Virus record (IMG/VR): IMGVR_UViG_3300030104_005458
Span: 1 to 48,771 of that record
From: a virus
Lineage: Duplodnaviria; Caudoviricetes
Direction: 5' to 3' (one strand)
DNA length: 48,771 nt
Shown in pieces: positions 9,033 through 20,139 of this stretch. A program made the position numbers and the translations under genes. The notes under the pieces are model-generated. The model searched no databases. It saw only the letters and a program-made list of their open reading frames with translations, and had not been told where the DNA came from. Numbering within the stretch: position 1 is the stretch's first letter; every line of letters starts with the position of its first letter.

Positions 9033-12000
9033 TTAATCTACTATATTAAAAGTTTTGTTAAACGCTTCTTTATCTCTATCTGAAAAATATTCTTCTTCAG
9101 CTTTGTATTTATTTAAAAACATATTTTGCAATTCCTCTACGCTATAAGATGGTAAGGTCTTTTTCACTTCTCTTACAAAGTCTACTCTTTCTTCTTCCGT
9201 TGTAATTTCATCATTGAATTCTGCATCATATAAATCAAATAAAAGAGGGCTGTATAATTCATTAAACAATTTATTTCTTACATATTTTTGAATATTAGTT
9301 TTTATATGCCTTATTTCTTTTCTCTTTTGAAAATCAGTTTTTGATTGGTAGTTGGGGTCATTTAACAAACTATTTATAATATTGTAAGTTGTTTGTCCTG
9401 AAATTTTTATAAGAGCATAATGTTCTTCTTGAGTAAGATTTATTTGGCTTTGCTCTTTACCATATAAAATTGGTCTAACGCCAGTAAACTTTTTTTCTTG
9501 GTCAAAAAATAATCTTTGTATTTCAGAATATACAGGGTCTTCTGTTTTTTTAGTAATTCTAAAAGCGTATAAACCGCCAACAGGGTCTGGTTTAGGTATC
9601 TCATTACCAAAAGCATCTAGAGCTGGTAAATTTGTTTTTCCTTCTGTAAACCAAGGTAAGTTTTTTTCAATATTACTATTTATATAGTCTAAAGTTGTGT
9701 TATTTTCGTTTATATCTCTTTTCTTTAAAGACTTTCTTCTTACGGGGTCAATAATGCTGTCTATTTGCCTTGAAAATCCCGGTATAAATGTTCCAGATAC
9801 AGTCCTTATTGCCCAAGTTTCTAAATCTTGCCTAGAATCTAATATTTTAAAAATATCCCCTACTCCTGTAAAAAATGGATTCTCAGCAAATGACAAGAGC
9901 ATTTCTTTTGTCCCATTATAAGTTTGTTTATATATGCGATTTGCAGCAGTATCTGATATTTTACCCTTTCTTACATTTTTATCAAATTCTTCATTTGTCC
10001 TATGATAAGAGTGTATTAATGTTATATAAGAAGATAGTGGTTCAAAACCCCTATAAGAAACAACTGTGCCATCATTTAATTCAATAGAATATTCTTGTTC
10101 ATTCATTACTGTCTTCATGTCTCTTTCTTCTGGGGAAAGTTGAGACCAGTCTCCATTAATTTTACCAGCAGATTCTTTTCCAATAATTTGATTTAATAGA
10201 TATATAGATGCTGCTCCTGTAGTTACTTTAGATAAATTTTCAGCCAAAGCCCTTGGACCTTGACCTTTTGGAGAAAAAGCATCTTTATAGGCATTTCTAG
10301 TTCCCTTTGTAAATGGTAAAAGATTTAATGGGGTATGTTCGTATGTGTATTTTAAAAGATTTACTGATGTATTATAAAATGGCACAATTATTTGAGCTAT
10401 TGCTCCAAGATAGTCATTTCTTAGCCTAATAGAATTAAATGAGCCTAATGGTCCTTCTATTTTTGATTGGAATGTAACTGCCTCACCGCCTTTTATTGCG
10501 CTTTCTAATAAATCAGGACTTAACATTTCTCTATCTAATATTTCTATTGCTCTTTGTTTTATTTCTAATTGAGTAGTAAGCCCCTCTCTTTCAATAGCCT
10601 GTCTTACCGCATTTTTTTTCATATAAGCATTTGTCATTGGTACTCTAAAAAGAATATCTAACATTCCTTGCAATCTTTGAAAAGTTCTAAGTCCAACCCC
10701 AACGAGTCCCGGAATATCTTTATTTGTAAACCCTTCTCTTCGGAAATACTTTGACTCTCTTAATGCAGAATCTTTTTCAAAAAGCATATCTAACATTAAC
10801 CTGCCAACATCACCGTTTCTAAAAGGTTGAAAAAATCCATTTACTTGCGCTCCAAGTTCTAATTTATTCATTTGACTTCTTGAGATATTTCCAAATTTTC
10901 CATTGGTAATCACATTTAAAACACCACTTCCGCTTCCAAGTATGTGGTTATATCCATATTCTATTGGCATTCTAACAAAAGAGTCTATTGTAGATATAGT
11001 GTTTCCAGCTAAACTTCTTACTAAAGAAGAACCTGTTGCTAATTTCATATTCCGACCAAGCTCTGCTAACATATGTAATTTACTTCTGTTGCCTTCTTTG
11101 GCTTGCTTAGTTAAATCATCTAGCATAGCAAGAAAATCAGGATAGTCTGCTAGATTTTCTTTGTATTTCTCAAAAGCAGGTAATTTTTCAGCTAACAACT
11201 CTCTTAGGTATCTCATGTTTCTAGCAGGTTCTGATATATACGCTTTTACAAAATCCATTGAGCGCATTACATTGTCTAGTTGTTTTTGGCTTGCAGTTTT
11301 ATTTAGTCTCTCCATTAAGCCAAACATTAAATCAAGCCCCGCTGCTGTTTTTTCCGGCAAAGCATTTACTGAAAGTTTTTTTTGTCCAGCAACTTCAGAT
11401 ATAACTTCCTTTAAAATTCCAGCTTCTTGACTACCTCTTTTAATATCTTCAATAGTTCGAGTCCCTTTTGCCTTAATAGACCTTTTCCCACCGCCATATT
11501 CAGATAAAGACTCAAGTAAATCAACCATTGCCAGTCTTTTTTTATCTGGAGTTTTACCACTTATAGCTTCAATTCTTATATTATCAATATATTCATCTCG
11601 ATTTTTTCTTTTTGTCCTAGTAGGAGAAACTGACCCTTGTGAAGTCGGAATACTAGCATCTAACTCCCTTGAAAGCTCAAAAGCATTTTCTACAAAAGCC
11701 CTATCCGCTAAATCTTTATAGTTTTTACTAGCATATGCTAGCATTTCTTTTGGTGCGCCTTCTTCTTTTAGTCGTTTAATTAAATTTTTCTTACTAAGCT
11801 TTAGCTCAGTTTCTCCACGCTTCCATATTTCTTTTATATTTCTAGAAAGCTGTGCGTCTATTGCTTTTTGCTTTGCAGATTTTTTTATTTTTCCACCAAT
11901 TTGACCACTTGACGTTTGACTGAGTATTAATTTAGCAGAATCTTTAATTAACTCTTTTGTTGTCATTATTTCTGCTATATTTCTTTGAGAGCGCTCCATA

Positions 12001-14162
12001 GTATTTACGATAGAATCTATGGAGTTTTTTAAAAGTTCAATTCTTTGCGACCCTACCCCAGTTTCTTTAGCTTGTTTTTCTAATAAACTAAGCTCTTTTC
12101 TTGTTGAAGTAAGATTTCTGTTTAATTCGCCTATTTCAGCTTCGTATTTTTCTAATAAAACTTCTCTGTTTTGTATTCTTCTTTTTCTATTTCGAGGGTC
12201 CCTCATTGAGGTTACTAATTCTTTTTTTGGTTCTGGACCTATTTGCTTTTGCCCACCCTTAACAGCAATCTGCTCCTTTGGTTGTTTTTTATTATCTTTT
12301 AAAACCTTGACAATAAAATTTCCATTTGAAATCTCGCCCCATTTAATAATTACCGGCTGACCGGCATATTCTTGTATTTTATTTGATATAAAATCTTCTA
12401 AATTTTCTTTTATTTTAAATCTTTTTGCTGGCTCTCCTTTTATTGGTTCAAACCTTTTGTTGTCTTTTACTAAATCAGTAGATTTTTTTAATTTTACCTC
12501 TTGAACTACTTCTGATTCTTTTGATTTCTTTTTGCTTTTTACTTTTTGTTTTTCTATAGAATCTTTTAAAGTCTTTTTAGCTTTTTCTCTTTTAACTTTT
12601 TCAGTTATTTTTTCAACTTTTTTTTCTGTTTTTTTAACTGATTTTTTAATATTATTTTTATTATCTAAGACTTTTGTAGGCATATCCCTAGACAAGTCAA
12701 GCTCTGTTATTACTTCTTTTTCTGCTTTTTCTAATATTTTTTCTGCTTTTTTTGGTTCTATAAAATCTAATTCTAATTGTTCGCTAACTGCTTTTTCCGC
12801 TTTCTTTTTTAAATCAGGACTTTCTTTTAAAGATTCTGCTGCTTTTTGCATTTCTGGAGTAACTTTACCTTTTGCTGGTCTGTCATTTGCTAGCTCAACA
12901 ACATCAGAAAATTGTTTATTTTTTTCTGCAATGCTAGCATTTTTCTTCCCCATACTCGTTAATCCGTGAGCTGCAAAAAAGACATATGCTCCACCAGTTT
13001 TTTGTATTTCTTTTTGAGCATTTATTTTAGCTTTTTTTATTCCTTCTCTAGTAAAATCAACGCCAAGCATACCAAGCACAGGAGCTAAAACCTCATCTAA
13101 GTTTGTAGCCTCCAAAACTGGAAATAAAACATCAACAGAATTAGTGGCAAGCAAAGCATTAAAGCCTTGCTCTGGTAAAAACCTTACTAAACCCTTAACT
13201 GTCTCCCAAGGCTCTGTTGCTAATGATTTTGGTATATCTATTGCTAAGCCCGGAGCTTCTGAAATATAACTTGCAAAGTTTGTAGCTGTATTAACGATTG
13301 GTTTTAAATCTTTAAACTCAGGCATATCATATAAATCACTGTATTGACCTGTAAACCCTTCTAAAAAGAATTGAGATATTTGTTGTATTTGAGGAGCTAT
13401 AGCATCTTGAGATAAAATTTCTTGAGTAGATTTTTCTATAGGGTCAATAACTCTAGATATGTCAGGCTGAAACATTGACTGAGAGTCTTGCAAAAGTTTT
13501 TGAGACTGTTGCAATAAATCAGAACCAATAATTTCTTTTCCTTCTTCTTGCGGGGTATAATTAACATTAACAGCATCTACCTTACCACCAGACTCTGCTA
13601 GCATTACTTGTTTTGCTAACTGAGGATTGTCAAAAGATTGGTTAATTAATTCAACGACTTCTGGTTGAACCCCATAATTACTTACAATTTGCTCATCTGT
13701 TATGCCGTCAAATTCTTTATGTTTTTGCTTGTTAAAAGCGACCCAATTATTCATACCTCTTGGGTCATTTTTTTGAATATGTGAAGCAAGAGCTATATTT
13801 TCTTGAACATTTAATTCAGCTACTGGCTTTCCAAACATTGACATAGATGTATCATTCCAAACCCTGTCATTTATTTGAAATAAACTATAATCTGTACTAT
13901 GTACTTTTTGTGAGCTTTCAAAATCTGGATTTGTTATTGATTCTAAGGTTTTAAAACTAGAACCGGGTTCATTAATTTCGTTATTTAATATATCATCAGA
14001 AGTTTCTACTGTGCTTATGGAAAAATTTGAATCTGGTGGCAGGGTATCTATAGATGTACTATCTAAGGAAATAGATGCGCTATCTACAGGTAAAGTGTCA
14101 TCCCAAGACGGAATTGCAAATGTGTCTTCCCATTTTGGGACCTGAACACTTTTATCACTCAT
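9033..14162 (-). CDS. Large internal virion (ejection) protein with N-terminal lysozyme/transglycosylase-like domain
   Basis: 1709 aa, helical; STDYSLFQIN and AESGG motifs; position after the nozzle; C-terminal DAFGNEI motif typical of large polyvalent ejection proteins. Confidence 0.75.
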   Translation of the reverse strand: MSDKSVQVPKWEDTFAIPSWDDTLPVDSASISLDSTSIDTLPPDSNFSISTVETSDDILNNEINEPGSSFKTLESITNPDFESSQKVHSTDYSLFQINDRVWNDTSMSMFGKPVAELNVQENIALASHIQKNDPRGMNNWVAFNKQKHKEFDGITDEQIVSNYGVQPEVVELINQSFDNPQLAKQVMLAESGGKVDAVNVNYTPQEEGKEIIGSDLLQQSQKLLQDSQSMFQPDISRVIDPIEKSTQEILSQDAIAPQIQQISQFFLEGFTGQYSDLYDMPEFKDLKPIVNTATNFASYISEAPGLAIDIPKSLATEPWETVKGLVRFLPEQGFNALLATNSVDVLFPVLEATNLDEVLAPVLGMLGVDFTREGIKKAKINAQKEIQKTGGAYVFFAAHGLTSMGKKNASIAEKNKQFSDVVELANDRPAKGKVTPEMQKAAESLKESPDLKKKAEKAVSEQLELDFIEPKKAEKILEKAEKEVITELDLSRDMPTKVLDNKNNIKKSVKKTEKKVEKITEKVKREKAKKTLKDSIEKQKVKSKKKSKESEVVQEVKLKKSTDLVKDNKRFEPIKGEPAKRFKIKENLEDFISNKIQEYAGQPVIIKWGEISNGNFIVKVLKDNKKQPKEQIAVKGGQKQIGPEPKKELVTSMRDPRNRKRRIQNREVLLEKYEAEIGELNRNLTSTRKELSLLEKQAKETGVGSQRIELLKNSIDSIVNTMERSQRNIAEIMTTKELIKDSAKLILSQTSSGQIGGKIKKSAKQKAIDAQLSRNIKEIWKRGETELKLSKKNLIKRLKEEGAPKEMLAYASKNYKDLADRAFVENAFELSRELDASIPTSQGSVSPTRTKRKNRDEYIDNIRIEAISGKTPDKKRLAMVDLLESLSEYGGGKRSIKAKGTRTIEDIKRGSQEAGILKEVISEVAGQKKLSVNALPEKTAAGLDLMFGLMERLNKTASQKQLDNVMRSMDFVKAYISEPARNMRYLRELLAEKLPAFEKYKENLADYPDFLAMLDDLTKQAKEGNRSKLHMLAELGRNMKLATGSSLVRSLAGNTISTIDSFVRMPIEYGYNHILGSGSGVLNVITNGKFGNISRSQMNKLELGAQVNGFFQPFRNGDVGRLMLDMLFEKDSALRESKYFRREGFTNKDIPGLVGVGLRTFQRLQGMLDILFRVPMTNAYMKKNAVRQAIEREGLTTQLEIKQRAIEILDREMLSPDLLESAIKGGEAVTFQSKIEGPLGSFNSIRLRNDYLGAIAQIIVPFYNTSVNLLKYTYEHTPLNLLPFTKGTRNAYKDAFSPKGQGPRALAENLSKVTTGAASIYLLNQIIGKESAGKINGDWSQLSPEERDMKTVMNEQEYSIELNDGTVVSYRGFEPLSSYITLIHSYHRTNEEFDKNVRKGKISDTAANRIYKQTYNGTKEMLLSFAENPFFTGVGDIFKILDSRQDLETWAIRTVSGTFIPGFSRQIDSIIDPVRRKSLKKRDINENNTTLDYINSNIEKNLPWFTEGKTNLPALDAFGNEIPKPDPVGGLYAFRITKKTEDPVYSEIQRLFFDQEKKFTGVRPILYGKEQSQINLTQEEHYALIKISGQTTYNIINSLLNDPNYQSKTDFQKRKEIRHIKTNIQKYVRNKLFNELYSPLLFDLYDAEFNDEITTEEERVDFVREVKKTLPSYSVEELQNMFLNKYKAEEEYFSDRDKEAFNKTFNIVD

Positions 14163-14859
14163 CTTCGTACCTTATAAATTCTTTTGTTTCAGCATTAAAT
14201 ATCATACTTCTACCATTTTTTGGGTCAATTCTTTTAACTTCTTTAACTGTTTTTTTGAACGTAGGCAATTTAGCATCTGGATTCTCCCTAATCCACTTTC
14301 TAGGGTCAGATAGTACTTTGTCGTAAAATTTAAGCTGGTCAGAATGAGTGGGGTCACTTTTCCATGTTATTCCGGGTCTTTTTCCCGAATATATATCTAT
14401 ATCTTGATTTTTTATTGACAACAGCCTATTTTTTTCACGCGTTGCTTTTTTTACTACAGCTTTATACACATCACTTGTTTGCCCTTTTTTAGCTATTTGT
14501 TTTTTAGTTTTACTTAACCCTTTTAAATCTGATGATTTTATTGGATTACCATCTAAGTCAGTTCTTATTCCATTCACATTTTTTATTAAAACAGATTTAT
14601 TGTCTTTATCAAAAAACTCTTCAATAGTTGACGATATTTTTTTTTCATTTTTAACAACATTAGGTAAGGCTCTGCTTCCAGCCTCTCCTGATTCGGGAAG
14701 ATAGTATAGGTACCCATCTGCTCCCTGCCTAATAACTGTTTTATTTGCCTTTTCGGCAGCTTTGTAATACTTCTCTCGCTCATCTGATTTATGCGTTAAA
14801 TAAGTGCTTAAAAGGTCAGTGAGGACGTTTGCGTTAAATGTTGGGTCTCTGTATGCCAT
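14155..14859 (-). CDS. Putative internal virion protein
   Basis: Position in the ejection-protein block, Lys-rich. Confidence 0.6.
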   Translation of the reverse strand: MAYRDPTFNANVLTDLLSTYLTHKSDEREKYYKAAEKANKTVIRQGADGYLYYLPESGEAGSRALPNVVKNEKKISSTIEEFFDKDNKSVLIKNVNGIRTDLDGNPIKSSDLKGLSKTKKQIAKKGQTSDVYKAVVKKATREKNRLLSIKNQDIDIYSGKRPGITWKSDPTHSDQLKFYDKVLSDPRKWIRENPDAKLPTFKKTVKEVKRIDPKNGRSMIFNAETKEFIRYEDE

Positions 14860-14861
14860 TG

Positions 14862-15323
14862 TTAATTTCTCCCTATTTCAATCTTTAATTGATTAATTAA
14901 ATCTTCCATAGCAAAAACATCTTGTTTTTCTTTTTGACCCCTATTAATAATATCTAATTGATTACTTAAATCCATTACGTCTTTTTTGCGTTTATAGGTA
15001 TCTGTTAAATAGTCTTTTTTTCTTTCCCCTGAAACATCTTCAGCTGTAGCAAAATTTGTTCTAGCTATCTTCTCATCTGATTCCATGTTAATTGAATAAG
15101 ATTGATTTAAAAACTCATCTAAAGCAGTAAGTTGATGACTCTCTACTATTTGGTCTTGTATATTTCCAATTTCACTATAATATTGTTTAACTTGAGGAAT
15201 TCTACTTTCAACTGTGCCTACCATATCTTTTAAAGCACCAGTATTTTTTCTGGCTTGTTTAGAACCTTGAGTTTCACCAAATATACCCCACTTACCTGAC
15301 GCTGGATGCCATTTTGTAGCCAT
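14862..15323 (-). CDS. Putative internal virion protein
   Basis: GGAG RBS; helical, Q/E/K-rich. Confidence 0.6.
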   Translation of the reverse strand: MATKWHPASGKWGIFGETQGSKQARKNTGALKDMVGTVESRIPQVKQYYSEIGNIQDQIVESHQLTALDEFLNQSYSINMESDEKIARTNFATAEDVSGERKKDYLTDTYKRKKDVMDLSNQLDIINRGQKEKQDVFAMEDLINQLKIEIGRN

Positions 15324-15334
15324 AATATTACTCC

Positions 15335-16354
15335 TTAATTGTATTTACCTAATATTCCAGATAAAAATTTTAATGCCATTCCCGGCAAAGCTAATACTTG
15401 CGCTCCCGGAATTGTTTTTGATGCTAATGTCATTCCGCTTCCAGCGGTATTCATTGCGGTACTAGGAGACAAACCTTTTGTTCCTAAATCTTTTAATGAA
15501 GAAACTGCGCCAATCGCAGCTCCGGCAGTACCAAGTTTTCCAGCAGCTGAATCTGTGCTAGCAAAATCCGCTGCTGCACTAGCAGAATCAGTTGCTGTGC
15601 TAGCAGATTCAATAGCTTTATTAGCGTCAAGAGCTGGAGTAGGAGCAACAAGCACTTCTTCTAGCATTTGCGGGTTTTGCCTTGTTATAAATTCAAGGTT
15701 TTCTGGTTTATTATATCCAATAATAGGATTTTCTGGCAATTTTCCATATTTATTAAGATGCTCTATTTTCATTTCTTGCAAAGTTTTAGGGGGTTGCACT
15801 CCTTGCATAATATTTTGATTTAAAGGCGCCGGCTTTGCAACCGGAGGTGAAATAAAATTTCCATAATTAGATTCTTCCAATATTTTATCTACGTTAAATT
15901 CAGGAACATTAACGTCTTCAGGAATAAATTCTTCTTGCAGAGTACTTATTGGTGCAATTTTCATCATCTCATCAAATTCTTGTTTTGCTATTGGATTGCC
16001 TTGGTACCTACTTTTATCAAACCCAAGTACTTCTTTTAGGGTTATAGGTTTTCTTGTTTTGTTAGTAATCCTATCTACGCCTTGCTCCATATATTTAGCA
16101 GAAGTTTTATCATCAAGTAAAAAATCTTTAAATGATAATTCGGGGTTTTCTCTTATAGCCAATAAATAATCTCTTCTTGTTTTAATTCCTTTTAGTCCAG
16201 CTTTTCCTGTGCTTTCAATATTTTTAGCAAATTGTTTATCCCTTATTTGAGCGTCTCGCAAATCTTGTCTTAATCTTTGAATTAAATTTTGAACTTCCCG
16301 AGAACTGCGACCAGCTCCACTTTCTAAGTCTATAATTTCTTGTAATGTTGCCAT
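15335..16354 (-). CDS. Putative internal virion/pilot protein
   Basis: Ala/Gly-rich hydrophobic C-terminus typical of membrane-inserting ejection proteins. Confidence 0.6.
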   Translation of the reverse strand: MATLQEIIDLESGAGRSSREVQNLIQRLRQDLRDAQIRDKQFAKNIESTGKAGLKGIKTRRDYLLAIRENPELSFKDFLLDDKTSAKYMEQGVDRITNKTRKPITLKEVLGFDKSRYQGNPIAKQEFDEMMKIAPISTLQEEFIPEDVNVPEFNVDKILEESNYGNFISPPVAKPAPLNQNIMQGVQPPKTLQEMKIEHLNKYGKLPENPIIGYNKPENLEFITRQNPQMLEEVLVAPTPALDANKAIESASTATDSASAAADFASTDSAAGKLGTAGAAIGAVSSLKDLGTKGLSPSTAMNTAGSGMTLASKTIPGAQVLALPGMALKFLSGILGKYN

Positions 16355-16356
16355 AA

Positions 16357-16539
16357 TTATGCCCTATCTAATACTTTTTTATATAAAATTGAACCTTTTC
16401 GGTAATATTCTACTAAACCTTCTGCGGTATCTCTAACTACAGGAATTCCCTCGGTTAATTCGGATATAGCAGGTACTCCTTTTTTAATTTGCAAGCGCTC
16501 TTGTTTTTTGTGCAATGCTATTCTTTCCTGTCTTGTCAT
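16357..16539 (-). CDS. Small basic hypothetical virion-region protein
   Basis: Fills the gap between nozzle and ejection genes. Confidence 0.65.
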   Translation of the reverse strand: MTRQERIALHKKQERLQIKKGVPAISELTEGIPVVRDTAEGLVEYYRKGSILYKKVLDRA

Positions 16540-16544
16540 ACTTA

Positions 16545-19469
16545 TTATTTAACCGATTTTTCTCTGTAAATAATTGATATATCGTTAATTTCAAATGATG
16601 CACCAGCTGTTCCTTTTATTACAAATTGAAAGCTATAAACATTTGCAGTAACAGAAGAAACTGCTGGCTTTAATTCAGCGTGATGCCAAACACTTGTATC
16701 CCCCGACTTATCTTCAAGCGGGGTTGTGTCCGCGCTACCTGTTGGTTTTCCACTAGATGTCCCCTCAAAATTATTCCAACTATTTGTATCTCCATTTATT
16801 CCATAGTAAATATTAAGAGAACTAGCATCTCCCTTATATGAAATTCTAACTCTGTATATTTTTTTTCTTGTTGAAGGATTTCCAAAATCAATGTCTGGAG
16901 TCAATACTTTACATGCAGTTTTCGCAGAACTACTTGTGCTTAAAGTTTTTAACGAGCCAGTTCCAGTAAAATAAACTATATCTCCTTTGTGGTCAGTAAT
17001 TAAATTTGATATTTCAGCTCCATCTCCAGTAATAAATTCTCCATCTTGCAAAACCCAACTTTGAGTAATTAAATTATATATCCAAGCACTTTGAGCGCCA
17101 GCTGAAGCATCTTGACCAGAATGGTCTTTTGCAACAAGGAGTTGTCTCTCTTTTGGTAAATAAGCTATTGAAGGTTTAAATGTATGGTTATATACCCACC
17201 CGCTAGTAGTACTATTATATCCATTTGAAACAATTTTTCGGACTCCTTCTCGTTCTAATAGGTTTTTTACTTCTTTTCCATTATATAAATAACATCCATC
17301 AAGATTAACCCAAGCAATTCCATAATCGGTTTTACAAATCGCAGACGAATCAATAACTCCTTTAAATTGAAAGGTATCTTCTAAAAATTCTATTTCTTGA
17401 GAAACATTTATTAAATGCATTTTATTTTTTTTAAATTGAAGTATTCTATCGGCATAAGTGGCTAATGCAGTTATTTCATCCCCATCTTGAACACTTACTT
17501 CTATTTTTCTATTTAATGGGAATGTGTCAAATCTATTAGGCATAGATTTAAACATTGCATCTGCATGGTTTCTTACTACCCCGTCTTTGTCTGCATATTT
17601 AACATTTCCAATATAATGAGTTCTATTTGCAATTACTGAAGCAGAATAGCCCGTAGAAGATGCACTTAAATCTAAAATTTCCGTAACATCACTTTTAAAT
17701 CCATTTTTTGTCTCATATGTTTCAAATGTTAAAGGAGAATCAATATATATTTCTTGTAAGTGATATTCTGTCTTAGAGGTTATTTGAGTCCAAGTAATAT
17801 TAAAATCTTCTTCTCCAGATTTTCTAAGCCCTTTATTTAAGTCAATTTCACACAAATGATACCATGTATTTGTATTGTCAGATTCTTTTCTGTAATACAT
17901 GTTTGAAGCAGTTATTCTTGCTGTACTTTCAGTATCCCACCCGTGACCAGCAGCAATGTCTTGTATGTAAAAAGTAAAATTTGATATAGAAGGTCGATAA
18001 ATAGCTGTTCTATTGTGAATTAAGCTTTCTTGGTTCCCATCATATACCCAAGTAAACCCTAATTCGTAATAATCATATATCTGAAAAGTATCTGCCGTTC
18101 CACCGCTTGACCAAGTTAATGTCCCCGACTGAGTTGTTGAACTAGAATCTGAAATTATTTTACTACAATGAACTGTATTTGAATCTTCAAACCCAGTAAT
18201 AATAGCAGTAGCAGTAGTGTTGTTACTCCTCCTAACTCTCATTCCGACCATGCTAGCAGTAAAGGTTGTCCCGCTAGAAACTAATTTATCATTTCCACTT
18301 CCTCCGGTAGCAGTCCCAGTAACGCCATTTGGATTCCAGCCACCTGACTTAGCAACATTTGTACTAAACCCATAATCACTAGAAATTTCTATTTTCCCTT
18401 CATCTGGTAAGTAAGTGCTTCCAGTTGCAGATAAAACTATATCACTATCAGTAGGCGCAATTAGTGGGGATTGAGCATTAACCCACTTTCTACAATAAAC
18501 TGTGCTTGTTCCCCATCTATTCCTGTCAATATAAGAATACCATATTTTATAACAACTAGCTCCTTTCAACTTATCAACAACCCTTAAGACTCCATCTACT
18601 TGTGTAAAAATTGGTTCAGCAGCTGTTGTAACAGCATTAAATCTCATGCTATCAGAAGCAGAAGCCCAAGTATCGGCACTATACGAGTAGATTCCAAAAC
18701 CATAATTACTACCTGATGTATTTAAATACATTGCCAAATAATCATCGCCAGAAGAGTCTACAGAAACTAATTCTAATTTAATATCATCTAAGGTAATCGT
18801 CCATTGAGCGCCCGTATTTGCATGAATGCTAAATACATTTGAAGTAGCGCTAGGGCTTGAAACAAAAACTCTTTCATGTGTTCCGTTTGTATAAGTAAGA
18901 ATGGTATCATCTTCACCCCCATCATCCCCGTCAGCAGCAAATTGACCAGACCCTGTTAAAATTTTTAACTCAGGAGAGCCACTTGTTAAAGCATAGTTTG
19001 ATATTGTATAGGTTAATTTATATGTTGCTCCATTTACACCAGTAGTCAACCTATTTGCCGCTGTTTGTGTAATCGCGGCATCTCCAGTGACAGAACCAGT
19101 AAAAACAAAATTAGTAGAACTAGAAACCCAAGATTGAGGACCGCTTGTTGCGTGTCCACCCCAAATGCTACCAGAATTCATATTGCTAGAGCCATTTTTT
19201 ATAATATTACCACCCTGACCAGCATATTTGTAATCATGGCTAAATGCAAATAAAGAAGTACCGCTTCTATCATCAACAGAATCTGTTGTTGGTGGAGCCG
19301 GAGAAGCCGAGGCGTGCGCAACTATAGATGGTCCTGTTCTAATTCTTCCAATATTGTCAAGCATAACATCTCTTGCATCCGCTAACTCACCAACAGACAA
19401 ATCTCTAGGGTCTGAATTATTATTTATACCGCTATGAAATTGGTCAAGTTTATAAACCTGCTTAGGCAT
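16545..19469 (-). CDS. Tail nozzle/stabilisation protein (tail tubular B-like, beta-propeller)
   Basis: N-terminal FHSGINNNSDPRD, GDEITAL and DFGNPSTRKKIY motifs; position after adaptors. Confidence 0.7.
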   Translation of the reverse strand: MPKQVYKLDQFHSGINNNSDPRDLSVGELADARDVMLDNIGRIRTGPSIVAHASASPAPPTTDSVDDRSGTSLFAFSHDYKYAGQGGNIIKNGSSNMNSGSIWGGHATSGPQSWVSSSTNFVFTGSVTGDAAITQTAANRLTTGVNGATYKLTYTISNYALTSGSPELKILTGSGQFAADGDDGGEDDTILTYTNGTHERVFVSSPSATSNVFSIHANTGAQWTITLDDIKLELVSVDSSGDDYLAMYLNTSGSNYGFGIYSYSADTWASASDSMRFNAVTTAAEPIFTQVDGVLRVVDKLKGASCYKIWYSYIDRNRWGTSTVYCRKWVNAQSPLIAPTDSDIVLSATGSTYLPDEGKIEISSDYGFSTNVAKSGGWNPNGVTGTATGGSGNDKLVSSGTTFTASMVGMRVRRSNNTTATAIITGFEDSNTVHCSKIISDSSSTTQSGTLTWSSGGTADTFQIYDYYELGFTWVYDGNQESLIHNRTAIYRPSISNFTFYIQDIAAGHGWDTESTARITASNMYYRKESDNTNTWYHLCEIDLNKGLRKSGEEDFNITWTQITSKTEYHLQEIYIDSPLTFETYETKNGFKSDVTEILDLSASSTGYSASVIANRTHYIGNVKYADKDGVVRNHADAMFKSMPNRFDTFPLNRKIEVSVQDGDEITALATYADRILQFKKNKMHLINVSQEIEFLEDTFQFKGVIDSSAICKTDYGIAWVNLDGCYLYNGKEVKNLLEREGVRKIVSNGYNSTTSGWVYNHTFKPSIAYLPKERQLLVAKDHSGQDASAGAQSAWIYNLITQSWVLQDGEFITGDGAEISNLITDHKGDIVYFTGTGSLKTLSTSSSAKTACKVLTPDIDFGNPSTRKKIYRVRISYKGDASSLNIYYGINGDTNSWNNFEGTSSGKPTGSADTTPLEDKSGDTSVWHHAELKPAVSSVTANVYSFQFVIKGTAGASFEINDISIIYREKSVK

Positions 19470-20139
19470 CTTTACTGCTCTTAATAAATGGAGCTAAAGC
19501 ATCTTTGTATTTTTGTTGTAAATCTTGATATTGAGCGCGATGAAGAGCCACTAACTCTGAATCTTCATCTTCGTTGTAAAATGTTATTTGACGCTGTTTT
19601 AATCTTGCGCTAGCACCGAGAACAACAGCATGCTCTATCTCATTTGGGAATATAGATATTGCACTGTCTGTTTGAACGACTGTAGGCGATGTAACAGTAT
19701 ATGCTCTTGCAGCATTTGACGCATAGGTACTTCCAGACCCGGGCTCTGGATAAACTTCTAAATCTTTATTATTAATAAGCCAAACTGGGTCTTCTTTTGT
19801 TGCAAAATAAATGCTATTAGGATGAATTAATTTTGCCTTTAATGTATTGTCAACATATTTACATGTAATATATTGACTCGTTTGAGCATCGTCGCCATTT
19901 TTTCTTTCGGCTCCAACAATTCTAGCATTTTCTATATCATTAATTACGGGGTTGCTAGTAGCATCACTACTTGCTACCGCAAAAGGCAATAAAATATCAT
20001 CTGGTAATAAATTAAATATTTCGGCAGCAGTATCTGTTAAGGCATCTGTAACCGCTTGGTCAGTGGCGCTAGAATTATCACTACCTAAACTTAAAACTTC
20101 TCCAATAATGTCTTCTATTCTAATTCTAAAACTCGCCAT
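19462..20139 (-). CDS. Head-tail adaptor-like protein
   Basis: LEVYPEP and FPNEIEHAVVLGA motifs seen in podoviral adaptors. Confidence 0.6.
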   Translation of the reverse strand: MASFRIRIEDIIGEVLSLGSDNSSATDQAVTDALTDTAAEIFNLLPDDILLPFAVASSDATSNPVINDIENARIVGAERKNGDDAQTSQYITCKYVDNTLKAKLIHPNSIYFATKEDPVWLINNKDLEVYPEPGSGSTYASNAARAYTVTSPTVVQTDSAISIFPNEIEHAVVLGASARLKQRQITFYNEDEDSELVALHRAQYQDLQQKYKDALAPFIKSSKDA

